DNA of 64,000 nucleotides from Styela clava (Eukaryota): NCBI RefSeq assembly GCF_964204865.1, contig NC_135264.1, positions 12,524,001 to 12,588,000 of the forward strand, read 5' to 3'. Shown piece by piece: positions 1 to 12,861 of this stretch (position 1 is its first letter; each line of letters starts with the position of its first letter). The notes under the pieces were generated by a model. It saw only the letters and a program-made list of their open reading frames with translations, ran no database searches and was not told where the DNA came from. The position numbers and the translations under genes were made by a program.

Positions 1-151
1 ATTTTTTCCCTTCCATTTCTCTCAAATATCAAAATTGAAGATTCAAAACAATTTTCGTTTTAACAATAATGCATTTTTTTTCATTTCAGTCTATCTATTT
101 AACGCCAATCTGCTAAGACAAGTTTTCATATGCTCTTATTGTTGCTTCACA

Positions 152-1432
152 ATGAGACTGTTTACGCTGGTCATTTTCGCCACATGTGTTGTGCTGGGTT
201 CGGCGCTTCCTCCACCATGCATGACGAAAAAACCACCGTGAGTATCAAAGACTAACATGTCCAATTGTTTCGAAAGTTGCGTAATTATTTTATTTGTTAT
301 TATTACAAATTTTTCAATTTTTTCACGAGAAGAAAATGTTGTTTACGGATAGCTGATCAAAGTGTTGATATGCATATTCACAAAATAATATTAAATTTAT
401 CATTTCAAACCCCAAATTTTTTACTAAAAATTAAATTAGAAAAATTTTAAAATTATGCAAGTTTTAAATAATTTGTGTTTGATTGGAAACTAAACAATTG
501 TGTAACTTACTATCTTTCCTTGCGTTATGCTTTTGCGCACTTTGTGTTTGATTATTTTATATGGAAATAATTGCATAGTAGTTATAAAATAAATTATTGC
601 GTAATATTTCAGATCAGAGAACCCCATGAAATGCACACATGTCCCACAGTCGCTGTTTTGCCTTGTTAGACCATGTACTTTTACGGCAATAGAAGGATTG
701 ACATTAATAAACCAAAAATTAAAGAGTGTAAAATTAGCGAAAAAAATCAGAGTAACAGTCGATGAATGCAAGTAAGTATAGTTTGATTTTTTAAGGTGTA
801 TACCAAGAAAAATAGTATCACGTTTTATTATTTTTGTTTCTGAACCAAAATTGTTTAAATTTTTTTTAAATTTATATATTGCCAAATTAGTCCAGAACGA
901 ATTTCTTATTTTATTTTTGAAGAATAATAATATTATCATTTAAAAAAGTTTAATGAGTCGGCCATGGCGAAGTAACTAACATTGTAATCAACTACTGACT
1001 ATTTCAGAATAATAAAAAACATTTTTCTATGTTCCCACATAACAGAAAACCGGGTCAGAAATGCTCTGGGTATCGTTGCCCATGTAGGTGCTACAATAAG
1101 GGAAAATGGATCTGGGAAGTCGGTATGGTAACAGTGAAAATTAATGGAAACTGGGTATCTGTGCCGAAAGCAGTCAAACTCAGGGTAATTATCTAATATT
1201 GCCATTAGGCTTTCTAGATGTATTTGTGTAGACTACACGTGTATTTTAAATCTATAAAAGCAAAGTAATGTAGGCCTTAAGCAATTAAAAAGGTGATGTA
1301 GAATAGAAATGAAAAAAGAAATTATGGAATAAGTTGTGTTTTGATAGATTAGCACCAATAGTAACTAAAAATACTACTATTGCATTTTTATAGGTGCCAG
1401 GGGGTTGCACGTGCACTGAACCTGATGACTAG
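152..1432 (+). CDS. Secreted cysteine-rich putative cystine-knot protein, paralog A1 (140 aa, 4 exons)
   Basis: Exons 152-237, 613-771, 1046-1184, 1394-1432; all GT-AG, phases 2,2,0, open frame. Protein MRLFTLVIFATCVVLGSA-LPPPCMTKKPPSENPMKCTHVPQSLFCLVRPCTFTAIEGLTLINQKLKSVKLAKKIRVTVDECKKPGQKCSGYRCPCRCYNKGKWIWEVGMVTVKINGNWVSVPKAVKLRVPGGCTCTEPDD. Signal peptide, 11 mature Cys, AATAAA downstream. Confidence 0.9.
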
Positions 1433-2039
1433 AATCGATGGCAGATGAAGAAGTTGAAATAAAGAAAATTGAAATTTTTATTCGTAATTAAATTAATTCT
1501 ATTTTGAGCGCCATCAATACTGGAGCAATATAAACAAATACAAGCAAATGTGTGCATTTCAAAGTTGCGTTTTATTTTCATATTGAAGCATTTCTATAAA
1601 ATCCTTCATCAACAATCAGGATTTTCTGTTTATATTTTGACAATATATATACATCTTATAGTGCAGGGGTTGAATTTTTTTTAGTATAAGAGCCGCATGC
1701 AGCAATTCAGAAATATGGAAGAACCGCATAATTTTTCAAATTATTAATATTGAAGTTCATTGAATCATTTTCTATTGTAACTGGTACATTGGTCCTAATT
1801 TGGGAGATGCGCTGTTGTGTAGTGCGACGCGAAACCGGCGTTTGGGCTAATACTCGCTTCGTGTTGTTGAGATTCAAGACTGCGACAACATCAGCAATAT
1901 TTTTTTCACAAAATCACGATCAGAGTATAGAAATTTAGCACGATAAATATTCCATGATATACCAAAATTAGATTCAGTTGTTGCATCGAATTTCTTGCCA
2001 AATGATATCATAAATTTCTGCCATGCGGGGTTAATTTTG

Positions 2040-2256
2040 GGCGAGAGGATTGCTGGAGTCCTCGTCTCCGTAGGGTGCAGTGGTTACGGCTTCCTCCACC
2101 ACGCATCTGGAAACAAATAACTGGCTAACTAATCTCATATTCGACATTGACTGAAACCGGTTACTAACCGGTCGATCGGTCGTAGTTCGCCATATGATGA
2201 AGCCGTCGCGTCGGCTGTCCTGTTCCCCGAGATAAATATGCGAATCCTATCTATCA
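2040..2256 (+). mobile_element. 5'-truncated SINE copy
   Basis: GC-richer segment gcgagaggattgctgg...gataaatatgcgaatcctatctatc, homologous to the fuller copy at 18844-19140. Also duplicated at about 16352-16567. Confidence 0.65.
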
Positions 2257-3863
2257 CGGCATACCGTAGAAACAAACATTTGACCAGTGTGACGTATGAT
2301 TCGTCGCTCGACTGATTTAAACTTCCATTTATTTCATAGTATAGATTTTAGAAATTCCATATTACTAAGAAATCAGTCAAATAATCTCCTCTTTCAATAT
2401 CATCGACATTGTTGCCAATGTCAAACGGGAAACCAATTATAAGTCGATTATAGGTCTATTATAGTCTGGCTGTTCAAAAAATAACAAATAGGGGAGATCT
2501 TATGAAATGAATGTTATCCTTGAAAATGTATGGATAGAGATCACAAATCATGGCGTAAAAGGTGGTAAAAATGATTTAATATTTATGAAATGCAATCAAG
2601 ATATTAATTAGTTAACATCCTCCCATTATAAATTTAGATTGCTGATTGAGTGAGTTTTTGTATGAAATTGAGCCAAAATTATCATCTTTTATTTAAAAAC
2701 ATAGATCCTAAAAAAATCGCATATAAGTATTGAATACAATGGAACTATACACTTCGAGTTTGCATTGTGATGAAAACAGTGTGCGAGAGTAATTTTTAGA
2801 AGTTAATTACAAGTACTAGAAATAGACAGCATATTGAATAAGGCAGAACAACCATTGGCGTAAAAAAACAAATCGGGAGAAACATGGCATACGAGAGAAA
2901 ATCAACATTGGACAAGATATTATATCAGATTTATAATATTTTTCAGCGATAAATAATTGAGTTGTCTATAACGTTACTTAAAGTTTTTAAGTCTAATCCA
3001 AAATGAACACGGACTAAAATATGTACCTGTATTGTTATCTATACAATGTTGCAATAACGGTTTAGTAATGAATACATAAAAAATCTCATAATGCTCACGT
3101 ATTTCAATATTCCATAATTTATATATATGTAGTTCAATTACAATTAATACTGTTTTATTTATTGCCTAATTCAATTGAGTTCAATTAAGTTTCCATAAGA
3201 AATAGTTTTAAATATAAAAATGCGCGTCTGTGTTGAATAAATCACAAGTTCATCCATATAAAATAAGAAATATTTTGAATAGCACACTTTTAAATATGAT
3301 CAGATTTCATCAAACCTAACCTACGTCGGAGTCTCGAGTTGAATATCATGTTTGAACCATACATATATAACAACACTTTTGATTTAAGCTGGGTAAGATA
3401 TAACTAATAAATTTTTATTTTGACATACTCGCCAACATATTATTAGCTCCTAACACATAAGTGGTAAAATGATTGAACACTTTGCGGAAAACTCATCATA
3501 AGAATGGAATATTATTATTAAATAGAATGAAAAAATGAAACCTAATTGAAACGACAAAACAATATGAATTGTTTTTACCAAAATCGTAAGTAGTCTGCAT
3601 AAATGAATAGAAAAAAATTAAGTATTAGCTAAATGTAAAAACAAATAATAATAATAAAATAAAAAAATGGAAGGAAGCTTTTAGCACACGAATTGTTTAT
3701 TAGCCTTGAACTATTATTTTCGCTTTTTTTCGGAGCGTTTTATATACAAAAAAATACATTCTCTCGTATCTCTCATGTATCAAAAAAAATATATATATAT
3801 ATAAAAAGAGTTATAGTTGAGAATATAACTCACCGTATTTTGCCTTTTTTGTTGATTCAAGTC

Positions 3864-3870
3864 TATAAAA
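3864..3870 (+). promoter_or_regulatory. TATA box of gene B1
   Basis: TATAAAA 55 nt upstream of ATG 3919; conserved upstream of B2 and B3. Confidence 0.55.
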
Positions 3871-3918
3871 GTAATCGAATAAAGTAAAGTATTCATATGA
3901 TCTATTCCTCGTGGCAAA

Positions 3919-5114
3919 ATGAGAATATATCTGCTGCTGTGTATTGTTGCGTGTGCGGCAGTTTGCGTTTCGGGATCGTCTCGGGAGCCTCAATGTTCTG
4001 TGCAAAATTTGCCGTAAGTATAAGGTATATTGAGTATAATAAAACGTCAAGCCTTTTTTTTCAATTTTTTTGATGGCAACTTATAAATAACAAATGATTG
4101 GCATGCTACGTTTTCCAGCTTTCAAAACAGATTTTTTTCTAGTTCATGAAAAAAATCCAAAAATTGCTTTACAATATTTTAGATCGAAAAGACCAAGATC
4201 ATGCCAAAAGAACAAATGGTCGAAATGTGAAGAGAAAGAATGCTCTCTCTCTATTGAAAAAGGGATACTCACTGAGAATGGAAAATCAAAAGTAGTTGCT
4301 ATTGTGAAACCAATAAAAGTAAATGGAAAAGAATGCGAGTAAGAATATAATAATATGTTATGTGCGTGTGTTTGTGTGTAAAATCATTGAATTTTAAAGA
4401 AAAATGGGTTCTCAAATGGCTTCAAATACGGAAAAGCCTAAATACAATTCGTGAACAAATCCTAAAGTACTGAATTTTTATTTAAAGTAAAAAACACTGG
4501 AAAGGTCAAATAAAGCGATGTAGCGGTGGAATATTTCCATGCAGATGTCGAAACTGGGGTATTAAGACAGTCGTAACAGCCTGGATTAGTGGAAAGTGGA
4601 TGTCTGTTCAAAAATCGGTTGAAATACATGTGAGTATATCGCAAGTCTATGCTTTTTGAAATAACCGTATTGTACAAATTCTATATTTTTCTCGTTTAGG
4701 TGTACTAACATTTACATTTGTGATTTAATTTTGTTTGGAAAGTTACTGACTCTTAAAATATGAGAAAGGAGAAAACAATATTTTTGAGCACAAACAAAAG
4801 TTATTGTTTGAATTAATTTACTTTTAATAAAATATTCAATTGGTTTTAAATAATTTATTCTTAGGTTTATTTGCCGCTCATGTTAGATCTACTTTTGAAA
4901 ACTAACACGATCGACTCAAAAAGTAATACTATATGATTCATACTTTAAGCTTACGATCCGCGACAATTTGGAATAGACCAAGTAACGTAATATACTGAAT
5001 CAATCCGCGATTGGTGTGGTTATTCAATAAAACTTATCTAAATATAAATTTCTTTCCCAGATTCCAGCTGGATGCATGTGCGCTGAGCAGAACATCCTAA
5101 CAAGGAGTTTGTAA
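3919..5114 (+). CDS. Secreted putative cystine-knot protein, paralog B1 (148 aa, 4 exons)
   Basis: Exons 3919-4013, 4183-4338, 4488-4629, 5061-5114; phases 2,2,0. MRIYLLLCIVACAAVCVSG-SSREPQCSVQNLPSKRPRSCQKNKWSKCEEKECSLSIEKGILTENGKSKVVAIVKPIKVNGKECDKKHWKGQIKRCSGGIFPCRCRNWGIKTVVTAWISGKWMSVQKSVEIHIPAGCMCAEQNILTRSL. 10 mature Cys. Confidence 0.9.
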
Positions 5115-5412
5115 TTCAAAAAGTGCTGTTTACTTGTGCGTATACCGGTCAATAAAAATGTGTTTAATTGAACTATGATTTTGTATGGGGTATTGGGTGA
5201 ACATAATTCTACATTAATAGAATTGAGGCAAAAACGGAAACGCGATACAAACTATAATCACCTTCAGGATCAGAACGCGAGAAATCGTTCAGACTTGCTT
5301 AGATTGTTGGTGCCTATTTTGTATAGCCACGGAAATATCAGAAGAACGATGCCCGATGATGATATTAAATACAAAACCAGGGTATATTATACAAATAAAA
5401 ACTTTAGTAGAG

Positions 5413-5708
5413 CAGTGGTTCTCAAACCGCCCACTTTTTAAAATTCGTCGAGTTTCGCGCCCACATCAAAAACAACTAGTTAAAACAACAAGCTGCAAAA
5501 ACAAATAGTAAGGCGAAAGTATGTTTTATTCGAAAAACACGTTGAAAATACGTTGATAAAATAACAATCTCTGAACAATAAAAAAATATAAACATCCAAA
5601 ATGAGGGAGGCAAGATCAAATCTAACAAATATTTCTATTTAGCCTCGAGCCCCCTGAAAAAATTGTCTGGGCCCCACTTGTAGGGCGCCCCACCGTTTGA
5701 AAACTCTG
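5413..5708. mobile_element. hAT-type MITE
   Basis: Termini CAGTGGTTCTCAAAC ... GTTTGAAAACTCTG. Homologous copies at about 21741-22036 and 34628-34903. Confidence 0.6.
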
Positions 5709-5745
5709 CTTTCGTTTAGAGTGATAATGTTTTGACAGGCTAGCA

Positions 5746-6593
5746 CAGGGTTGTCCAACCCGTGGCCCGCGGAAGCATTTCGAGTGGCCCGCGCTTTTTT
5801 TCAGTATTGAATAAAAAAAATTGAGTAAAGCTATTTCGAGTGATGTAGTAGGTCTATACAAAAATGTGATACAAACGATTTGTTTATTTCCCTGAAGTGC
5901 GCTCTGTCAGCCCTTCCAAACGAGCCATGGGTGACATTTTGAATCAAAACCAACTGGGAGGAGATATCGATACATAAAGGTGCCATAGTCGCTTACACAC
6001 TTGGCCATTTTCAGATAGAGATTTTGTCAAGGAATGTATGTATATCATGTATTTATTAATCGGATTGCCAATGTTTACGTCCGGAAATGAAAGAGGCGTT
6101 TGCAAAAATAGCCTGTCTGTACTGGTCTTTTAAAATATTCTAATTGCAAAAGCGGGAAAATTTTCATTGTATTCCTTGGCCCTTGACGAAAGCACTTACA
6201 TCAAGTTTACGGCTCCGTTGGCGACTTGCGATTTTTGGGGTGAGTTTGATGACATGTAATAACCGTGGAGCTCGCAAAAATTGTCCCTGTTGAGGGTACG
6301 AATAGCACTAAAGACATTGGTTTGTTAAGAGCTGTGATAAAAATGATCAGCGTCTTGGCTTGTCTTTGGTGAAACTTTCGGGAATAACGCCCGATGGCGT
6401 CCCATCAATGGATGGAAAACAACAGTTTTATTGTTCTAAATATTGTGAAAGTTTGATGTTAAGGTTTTGTTTGTTTTTTCATTAACCTGTCGTCAGTGTA
6501 GCAAAACTAGTTCATAACTATCATGTCAAGTTGCCCGCGCAATTATTAGTGAACCACATGTGGCCCTTCGGCGAAAAAGGTTGGTCGACCCTG
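5746..6593 (+). mobile_element. Internally deleted hAT (Charlie/Buster-like) element with transposase remnants
   Basis: Termini CAGGGTTGTCCAACC ... GGTTGGTCGACCCTG. Remnant peptides FSLYSLALDEST and ITPDGVPSM(V)GK resemble the hAT/GTF2IRD2 motifs SLALDESTD and TTDGAPSMVG. No matching TSD. Confidence 0.8.
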
Positions 6594-7413
6594 CAACATT
6601 AGAGTCTAAAGGTCTAAACGATCACTGCCCAGCTCACTTTGTAGAAAATTTTTTAAAAGTCTCGACAACTAGTTAAACAAATTCATTTACAACATTTGAC
6701 GCATTGCTGAATTTAAAATGAAGCAAAATATTGTCATAGATTTATCACATACGTCAGCAATACGTCGAATGAGTTATCATTGGGATGGATTGTAAATATA
6801 GTATGGCTGCTAATCCCGGTATGGGGATGTAAGAACTGCAAGTTCGTTACGAAGTTTTATGTTTTCATGTGTGCAGTGCCAAGAAAGAGTTGGGATTCTC
6901 CACATTTCAGCTCGAATGCAAACCGAGTATATATCATAGTCAGCAAGTGTACTAGTGAGCCAAAATAGGTATTTGCATAAAGTCATCACTTTTTGTAACA
7001 AAATCTTATTCTAAAATAAAAACATCAACATGGAAGTTGTGAGTAATCGTATGCCGCAATACTGAGTATTCTGCACGTTTGTCGTGAACTACAGCTTATC
7101 AAGCTGCAAACAAGTTACCACAGGCTCGTGATATTTTATTTAAACTACCACAGGCTGAGAAAGCTAAGATCTAATAGCACGGAAGTATTCCACAAGAATA
7201 AACAATGGAAAGCACCATATCGTGCAATCATTTTACCACCGAAAAATTCTTTACGTCTGTTACGAAAACAATTGCAATTAATATTTACTTCCGGCGGAAA
7301 CTGTGGAGTTCATAATAATTTTCGAAGTTGAAAGAGCTTATAGTTCCCAGAAATAAATCTATAAAACGCTTTTCAATTCGAAAACTTCAAATTAGTTTGC
7401 AAGTTTAAAAATA

Positions 7414-8283
7414 ACTAGAGCTGCGTGCAGCTTTAACAGGCTTCCCGCGTAAAAAAAAACTGAAGACGCGTTATGCTCACTGGAGCGTGAAAGCGTGGTC
7501 AGTCATGCATAAAATTTGCAAATTATGATGGGGGACTTATTATCTGCATGTGATGTAAATTTCAAGTCTCTAAGTAGTGTCGTTCTCGAGAAGAAGATGA
7601 AAATGTAAAATCCTATATTGCTCACTGGAGCGTATCGCCGAGGTCACTCATGCGTATCCTTGATATGTCGTATCCGGAACATGTCCATTAATCATTGTTA
7701 TGAATTTCAACCCAATAGCATGTATCAATTTTGAGAAATCGCAAATAAAACTGAAAACGCGTTTTGTTCACTGGAGCGTGAAAACGTGGTCAGTCATGCA
7801 TAAAATTTGCAATTTATGATGGGGGACTTATTATCTGCATGTGATGTAAATTTCAAGTCTCTAAGTAGTGTCGTTCTCGAGAAGAAGATGAAAATGTAAA
7901 ATCCTATATTGCTCACTGGAGCGTATCGCCGAGGTCACTCATGCGTATCCTTGATATGTCGTATCCGGAACATGTCCATTAATCATTGTTATGAATCGCA
8001 ACCCAATAACATGTATCAATTTTGAGAAATCGCAAAAAAACTGAAAACGCGTTTTGCTCACTGGAGCGTGAAAGCGTGGTCAGTCATGCATAAAATTTGC
8101 ATTTTATTGCTAGCTGAGAACTTCTGCACATTTGAGGTGAACTTCAAGTTTGTAGGACCAATTTGAAAAAAAAATAATAAAAATAAATAATAAATAAATA
8201 ATAATTATAATAATAAATAAATAATAATAATAATAAATCACAGGAATACAATAGGTTCCCTGCTGACAAGCAGCGGGAAGCCT
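7414..8283. mobile_element. Helentron-associated (HINE/DINE-like) non-autonomous element carrying about 290-bp tandem repeats
   Basis: Subterminal inverted repeats AGGCTTCCCGC/GCGGGAAGCCT; tandem units starting at 7460, 7751 and 8041; (AAT)n microsatellite about 8170-8237; terminal stem-loop. Second copy about 23769-24639. Confidence 0.65.
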
Positions 8284-10137
8284 AATAACAATACAGACTG
8301 TAGGCGCTTCGTCATGTAGTAAGAGTATTTGAAGTGGTAACTCTTACTCCACGTGCTCTAATCCCATGTACTAATGACGTACTCATTGAAATATTTCGTG
8401 ACATTTTTTCTGGCAAAGCATAGAATGCTTGCACAAAAAGCTTATTTTCGTAAACCATATAAGGAAACGAATGATGTGTCAACCGCAACATTCATTGGTT
8501 GAAAAGTATTGAAGTCCGAAGTAGCCATTCATGTTCAGTTTATACATCTACTCGAATTGAATTTCGGGAGTTTTCTACTCTCCTTGAAAATGAATACATA
8601 AAAGAGCATCAAATTACCCAGCATAACGAAGTTTCGGCATTCCCTTCCCGGATCCCGCAAAATCCCGGATTATCGCAAAAACAACTTTTCTTCATGACAT
8701 GCGTTTGCAGTAAAACGTAGTTTATCAAGCACGCTTACCACATGCCAGTGTTATTTTAATAAAAAATACCGCTCATACCGTGATATACTTAGCTTGATAA
8801 AACGAGCTTCAAAAGTTTCATAAACACATATTTATTTCAAAATACTGTGGTACCACGAAAAGCTACCTCAAAGAAAAACTAAAAACAATGAAAAGCACTA
8901 TATCGTGCATAAATAAATCTATTTTAGGAATTCTCCCGTTCCGATTTTTTATTAAAAAAAATGAAATTTGAGTTATTACTTATCTTATTTGCTTCTTCGC
9001 TAACTCGATATAGATCTGAAAGTATTTCGTTACGAAAATAAATTCTTGCAATTATAACAACAGCGCAATTCGGTCTTGCAGTAAAAATATCGCCTCCACT
9101 TTGTCTACTTACATACGGAATAGCAGGAAAATATTACGTAAGGAAAGCTTCGACCTAACTGTTTGCTTGCTAGGGTTGCCTGTTTTTTTTTTTTAATTCA
9201 GGTTTCTCATGTTTCTTTTTTTGAGGAAAATAGTATAAAAATAAGAATGAAAAGTTAAGTATTTATTGTTATATTTAACAGCGTCGATGGCCGAATGTCA
9301 CATTGCATCGAATTTGAATAACTATTTTTCAAAAAAAAAATCTCTTGACAGTTGTATCTTCACTGGAGAAATTTTGTCAGTAGTAATCCAGTCTAAGATT
9401 CTTCAAATTTGTCCTTCAAAAGAAAGCATAATCATGGATAAAATCGAATCCCATCATTGCTCCCTATCAATTGTCATTGTTTTTAAAAACAGAGGCAATA
9501 ATTGAAAAATTAAAAAATTGCGACGAGTTTATTCATTTCTATTGTTACAGTTGACATACTGTAAATTGAAAATAATATTTGACATTTCAATTTTGAGCGA
9601 TCGATTGATACTTTCCAGCCATTGTCAACTAGCGGTGGTTGTCATCCAAGGCCAATTTGAAATTAGTTTGTGATGATTGGTTTTGATATTTTAATCAATA
9701 TCCTCGTTTTGTTTAAGAAGTAGTCCTTAACTTGAAATATAGGTCTTAAAATCTGGAGCAAAAAAATATGTGCCTTGACAACAGCGAACTGTGGAATACC
9801 ATTTTAAAAAAAAAAGGTCTTACTTGTATACTACCATATCAAGATTACGTTGTCCAAAGGTATTGAACCAAATATAAAAATAACGGAGTAATTTTAATAC
9901 ATTGCAAAACCGAGAATACTGATAAACCGCCATTTTGAACTATTTCATAGCTGATGGAATCGAGCTTTAGCTTGGAGAAAGCGTGCGTAAACATTGGAAA
10001 GCACCATTGTGTGCATTCATCTTACCACCGAAAAACTTTCAAATAAAATGGTTGTAATTAATAACTTATATTGATGGAAGCTCTAGAGCGGGTAAAAAGC
10101 TTTTGTGGTTGGATTATCCTACAATGTCTAGAAACTC

Positions 10138-10144
10138 TATAAAA
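10138..10144 (+). promoter_or_regulatory. TATA box of gene C1
   Basis: TATAAAA 56 nt upstream of ATG 10194, the same spacing as in gene B. Confidence 0.5.
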
Positions 10145-10193
10145 TGATATGCAATATAAAAAAGCTAGCAATATCTGGTATCCTTCTACCAAA

Positions 10194-11495
10194 ATGAAAC
10201 TCTGCATTGCTATATTGCTTTGTGCAGGAACTTTTCTGTGCTCAGCGGAGTCGGAAAATGAGAGAAGACGTCGATCGACGCCATTTTGCGTCTTTAACCC
10301 GCCGTAAGTATAGCATATATTGCAATGAATTCCCTCTTATATACGTCGCAGTTCTTAGGAGTTTATTTGTGATTATATTATTGCTTTTTTTCTTGGATAC
10401 CACAGATCGAAGAATCCCGTCCAATGCAAAACGACGCCAGTGTCCAGATGTTCAGAAAAAAAATGCAATTTTCTTGTTAGAGAGGGTAAATTGAACACTG
10501 GGAAAACAGTTAAATTGAGACGGCCATTGATAAAAGAAGGGATGGAATGCAAGTATGCCTATACTAAATTTTACTTGTACAAATCTGTATTTACTTACAT
10601 AAAACAATAATTTTTGGGAGGAAAGTATACAAGGTATTTCAATCTAACTGAAATTTTATTGAAACAATTTAGAATTATCATTTTTTAATTCGGAATTGGG
10701 CACTTCACAATTGAAGTCGACCGTCGACCTTGCCGCCTAAATATCGTAATTTATCTTTTTTAATATTATCTTTAATAATATGGCCTTAATTTTAGGAACA
10801 AAGTACTTGGAATGAGATGTAGCAAGGATATTAATCCATGCAAATGTCGCCTGAAAGGGAAAACATTATGGGAAAAGGCTCGTGTTTATGTGGAGATCGG
10901 TGGGAAAGTGAAATTAACCGAACGCTGGATCAAATTCACGGTATTTTGTTTCATATATTCACAATTTTATGAAGACAATAAAAGAGATTGAGATGATATA
11001 TGTTAAACTATCTATGACGTCATCTGACCTCTGATGTCACAAAATGTCTTTCAATGTGCATTGTGTGGTGAAAGTACATAAATAATAGATTTCGAAATAT
11101 ATTTACATCCTTGAAATATTTTAAACTTTGACCCGATTAAATTACTAATACATTTTAGTACAAGTGTTGTGCATTTTCAGAGTTATAGTTTATGTTATTT
11201 GAAGCACTTTATTAATATATATCTGTATTTTTCTGATTTTTTTTGCTGTGAAATATGAGTTCGTACAATATTTATAAGATATTGCAAACAAGATCAAAAA
11301 CATGAAAATAGAATATTGATAGAATTATTAATTACTAAATTATAAGAATATAACTTTTCAAACTTTTGAAATAGTTCCTAGTTCTCGACAAAGGTAAAGT
11401 TTTGATTAACAACAATTTATAATTCCATTCTTGAATTTTTTATTTTTCAGATCTCAGATGGATGCATGTGTGCAGTGAATAAAGTTATTACATAA
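10194..11495 (+). CDS. Secreted putative cystine-knot protein, paralog C1 (148 aa, 4 exons, furin site)
   Basis: Exons 10194-10303, 10406-10552, 10796-10940, 11451-11495; phases 2,2,0. MKLCIAILLCAGTFLCSAESENERRRR-STPFCVFNPPSKNPVQCKTTPVSRCSEKKCNFLVREGKLNTGKTVKLRRPLIKEGMECKNKVLGMRCSKDINPCKCRLKGKTLWEKARVYVEIGGKVKLTERWIKFTISDGCMCAVNKVIT. Confidence 0.9.
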
Positions 11496-12084
11496 ATCAG
11501 CTTTTCTCTCAATTGTTGGCCAAAATGGGAACATTTAATTGTGAATTGAAACATTGGTGCTTATAATTTGTGTTTTTTGGCTTTTTCTTATCGTTTGTTT
11601 AAAAATAATGAAATGCATTGTATTTCTGAATTATAAAAAATAAACTGCTATAGACTAATTTTGAATATTCTGACAATAAAATAAATTGTATTCCGGACAA
11701 CATTGTTTGATTAGTTAATAACGATAGTAAGGCTAGTTTGAGTGGGACAATATGATACTGACTTTTGTGGTTTTATTACAGAGCAAAAAATACTCAAAAA
11801 GCATCAATATTACCCCCAAAACTAAGATTTCAGAATTAAAATATAGACAAGTATTCAGAACTCTTCATTACTACCCCACTATTGTTTTATGTCCGCTAAA
11901 ATTTGGAAAGAATACATGTTTCTAATTGGAGAAAAAAAGGACGACACAATTTTTAATTTTTTTAATTTTATTCTTATCGGAAATCTGACAACTCAGGTGT
12001 TGGTCAAATCAAACAATTCGAGTAATAGACCAAGGACCCAGGTCAAATCTCTCGAGTCTGTGGCGTCATAATCAAAACGCTAAA

Positions 12085-12861
12085 GGGCTATTCCAAGCGA
12101 CACTCCAGGACAATTCCAGAAATTTTGCATGTTGTTTGATGCAATATATTTTCACATTTTCAGCTACATGTTTTGTTTCATTGTCCAATCAGTTGCTTTA
12201 TTGAATATGGAAAAAAATGTACGAAAGTTACACACAAGACTTACTTAGTGTATATAAAAACATAGTAAAATATATCGTGACACTACAGGACGGGAAATCC
12301 ACCATGGATTAACGTTACAATGTGTTGTGCTGTAAATTTTTGCGATGTTCCAGCAGGAGCCCACAATACTTTCTGATGCAGTAGCTGAAGGACCCCTCGA
12401 TGTGTTGCTTAAGTTACTTAATGTTGCACTGTAAATCCATGCCAATAATGTGCATATTGTATGTGCCACTACAGGACATTTTCCCCCTTCGGAACAGCGG
12501 CCTCTATCATCCCTTAAAATTATGGTAATAAATCGTTAAATGGGTGAAGAAATGTCCTACAGCACTGCCAACATGTAATCGTTATTAACTTAAATCCAGT
12601 GCGTCTATTTCATCTGAAATAACTGTATCACACAATCAAACACTTTGTGTCACGAATCATCACAAAATATGTCAATTGCACCAAAATTTCAAGCCATTTT
12701 TTATAAACCATCAAAAACCTGGGTGAAATTTTACCTTTTTAGGTGAAATGAATGCAGTCCGATAAAATTCCAATGTCTTTTGATATAAAAAATACAAAAA
12801 AATTACTTTCACCAAACTTTTAAAAAAATTGATGGAATTCAACTTTTGCTTGGAATGGCCC
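12085..12861. mobile_element. Non-autonomous DNA transposon with TIRs and 4-bp TSD (TAAA)
   Basis: TIR GGGCTATTCCAAGC / GCTTGGAATGGCCC with TAAA on both sides. The paralogous site at about 28001-28010 is empty. Confidence 0.8.

Noticed and set aside
490-939. 149-aa minus-strand ORF (and its copy at 14801-15250)
   Set aside because: Antisense to exon 2 and introns of gene A, with AT-rich intron-like composition. Its conservation merely reflects the recent duplication.
7460-8110. Repeats as a CRISPR array
   Set aside because: Units are about 290-bp near-identical tandem copies without unique spacers, in a eukaryotic context.
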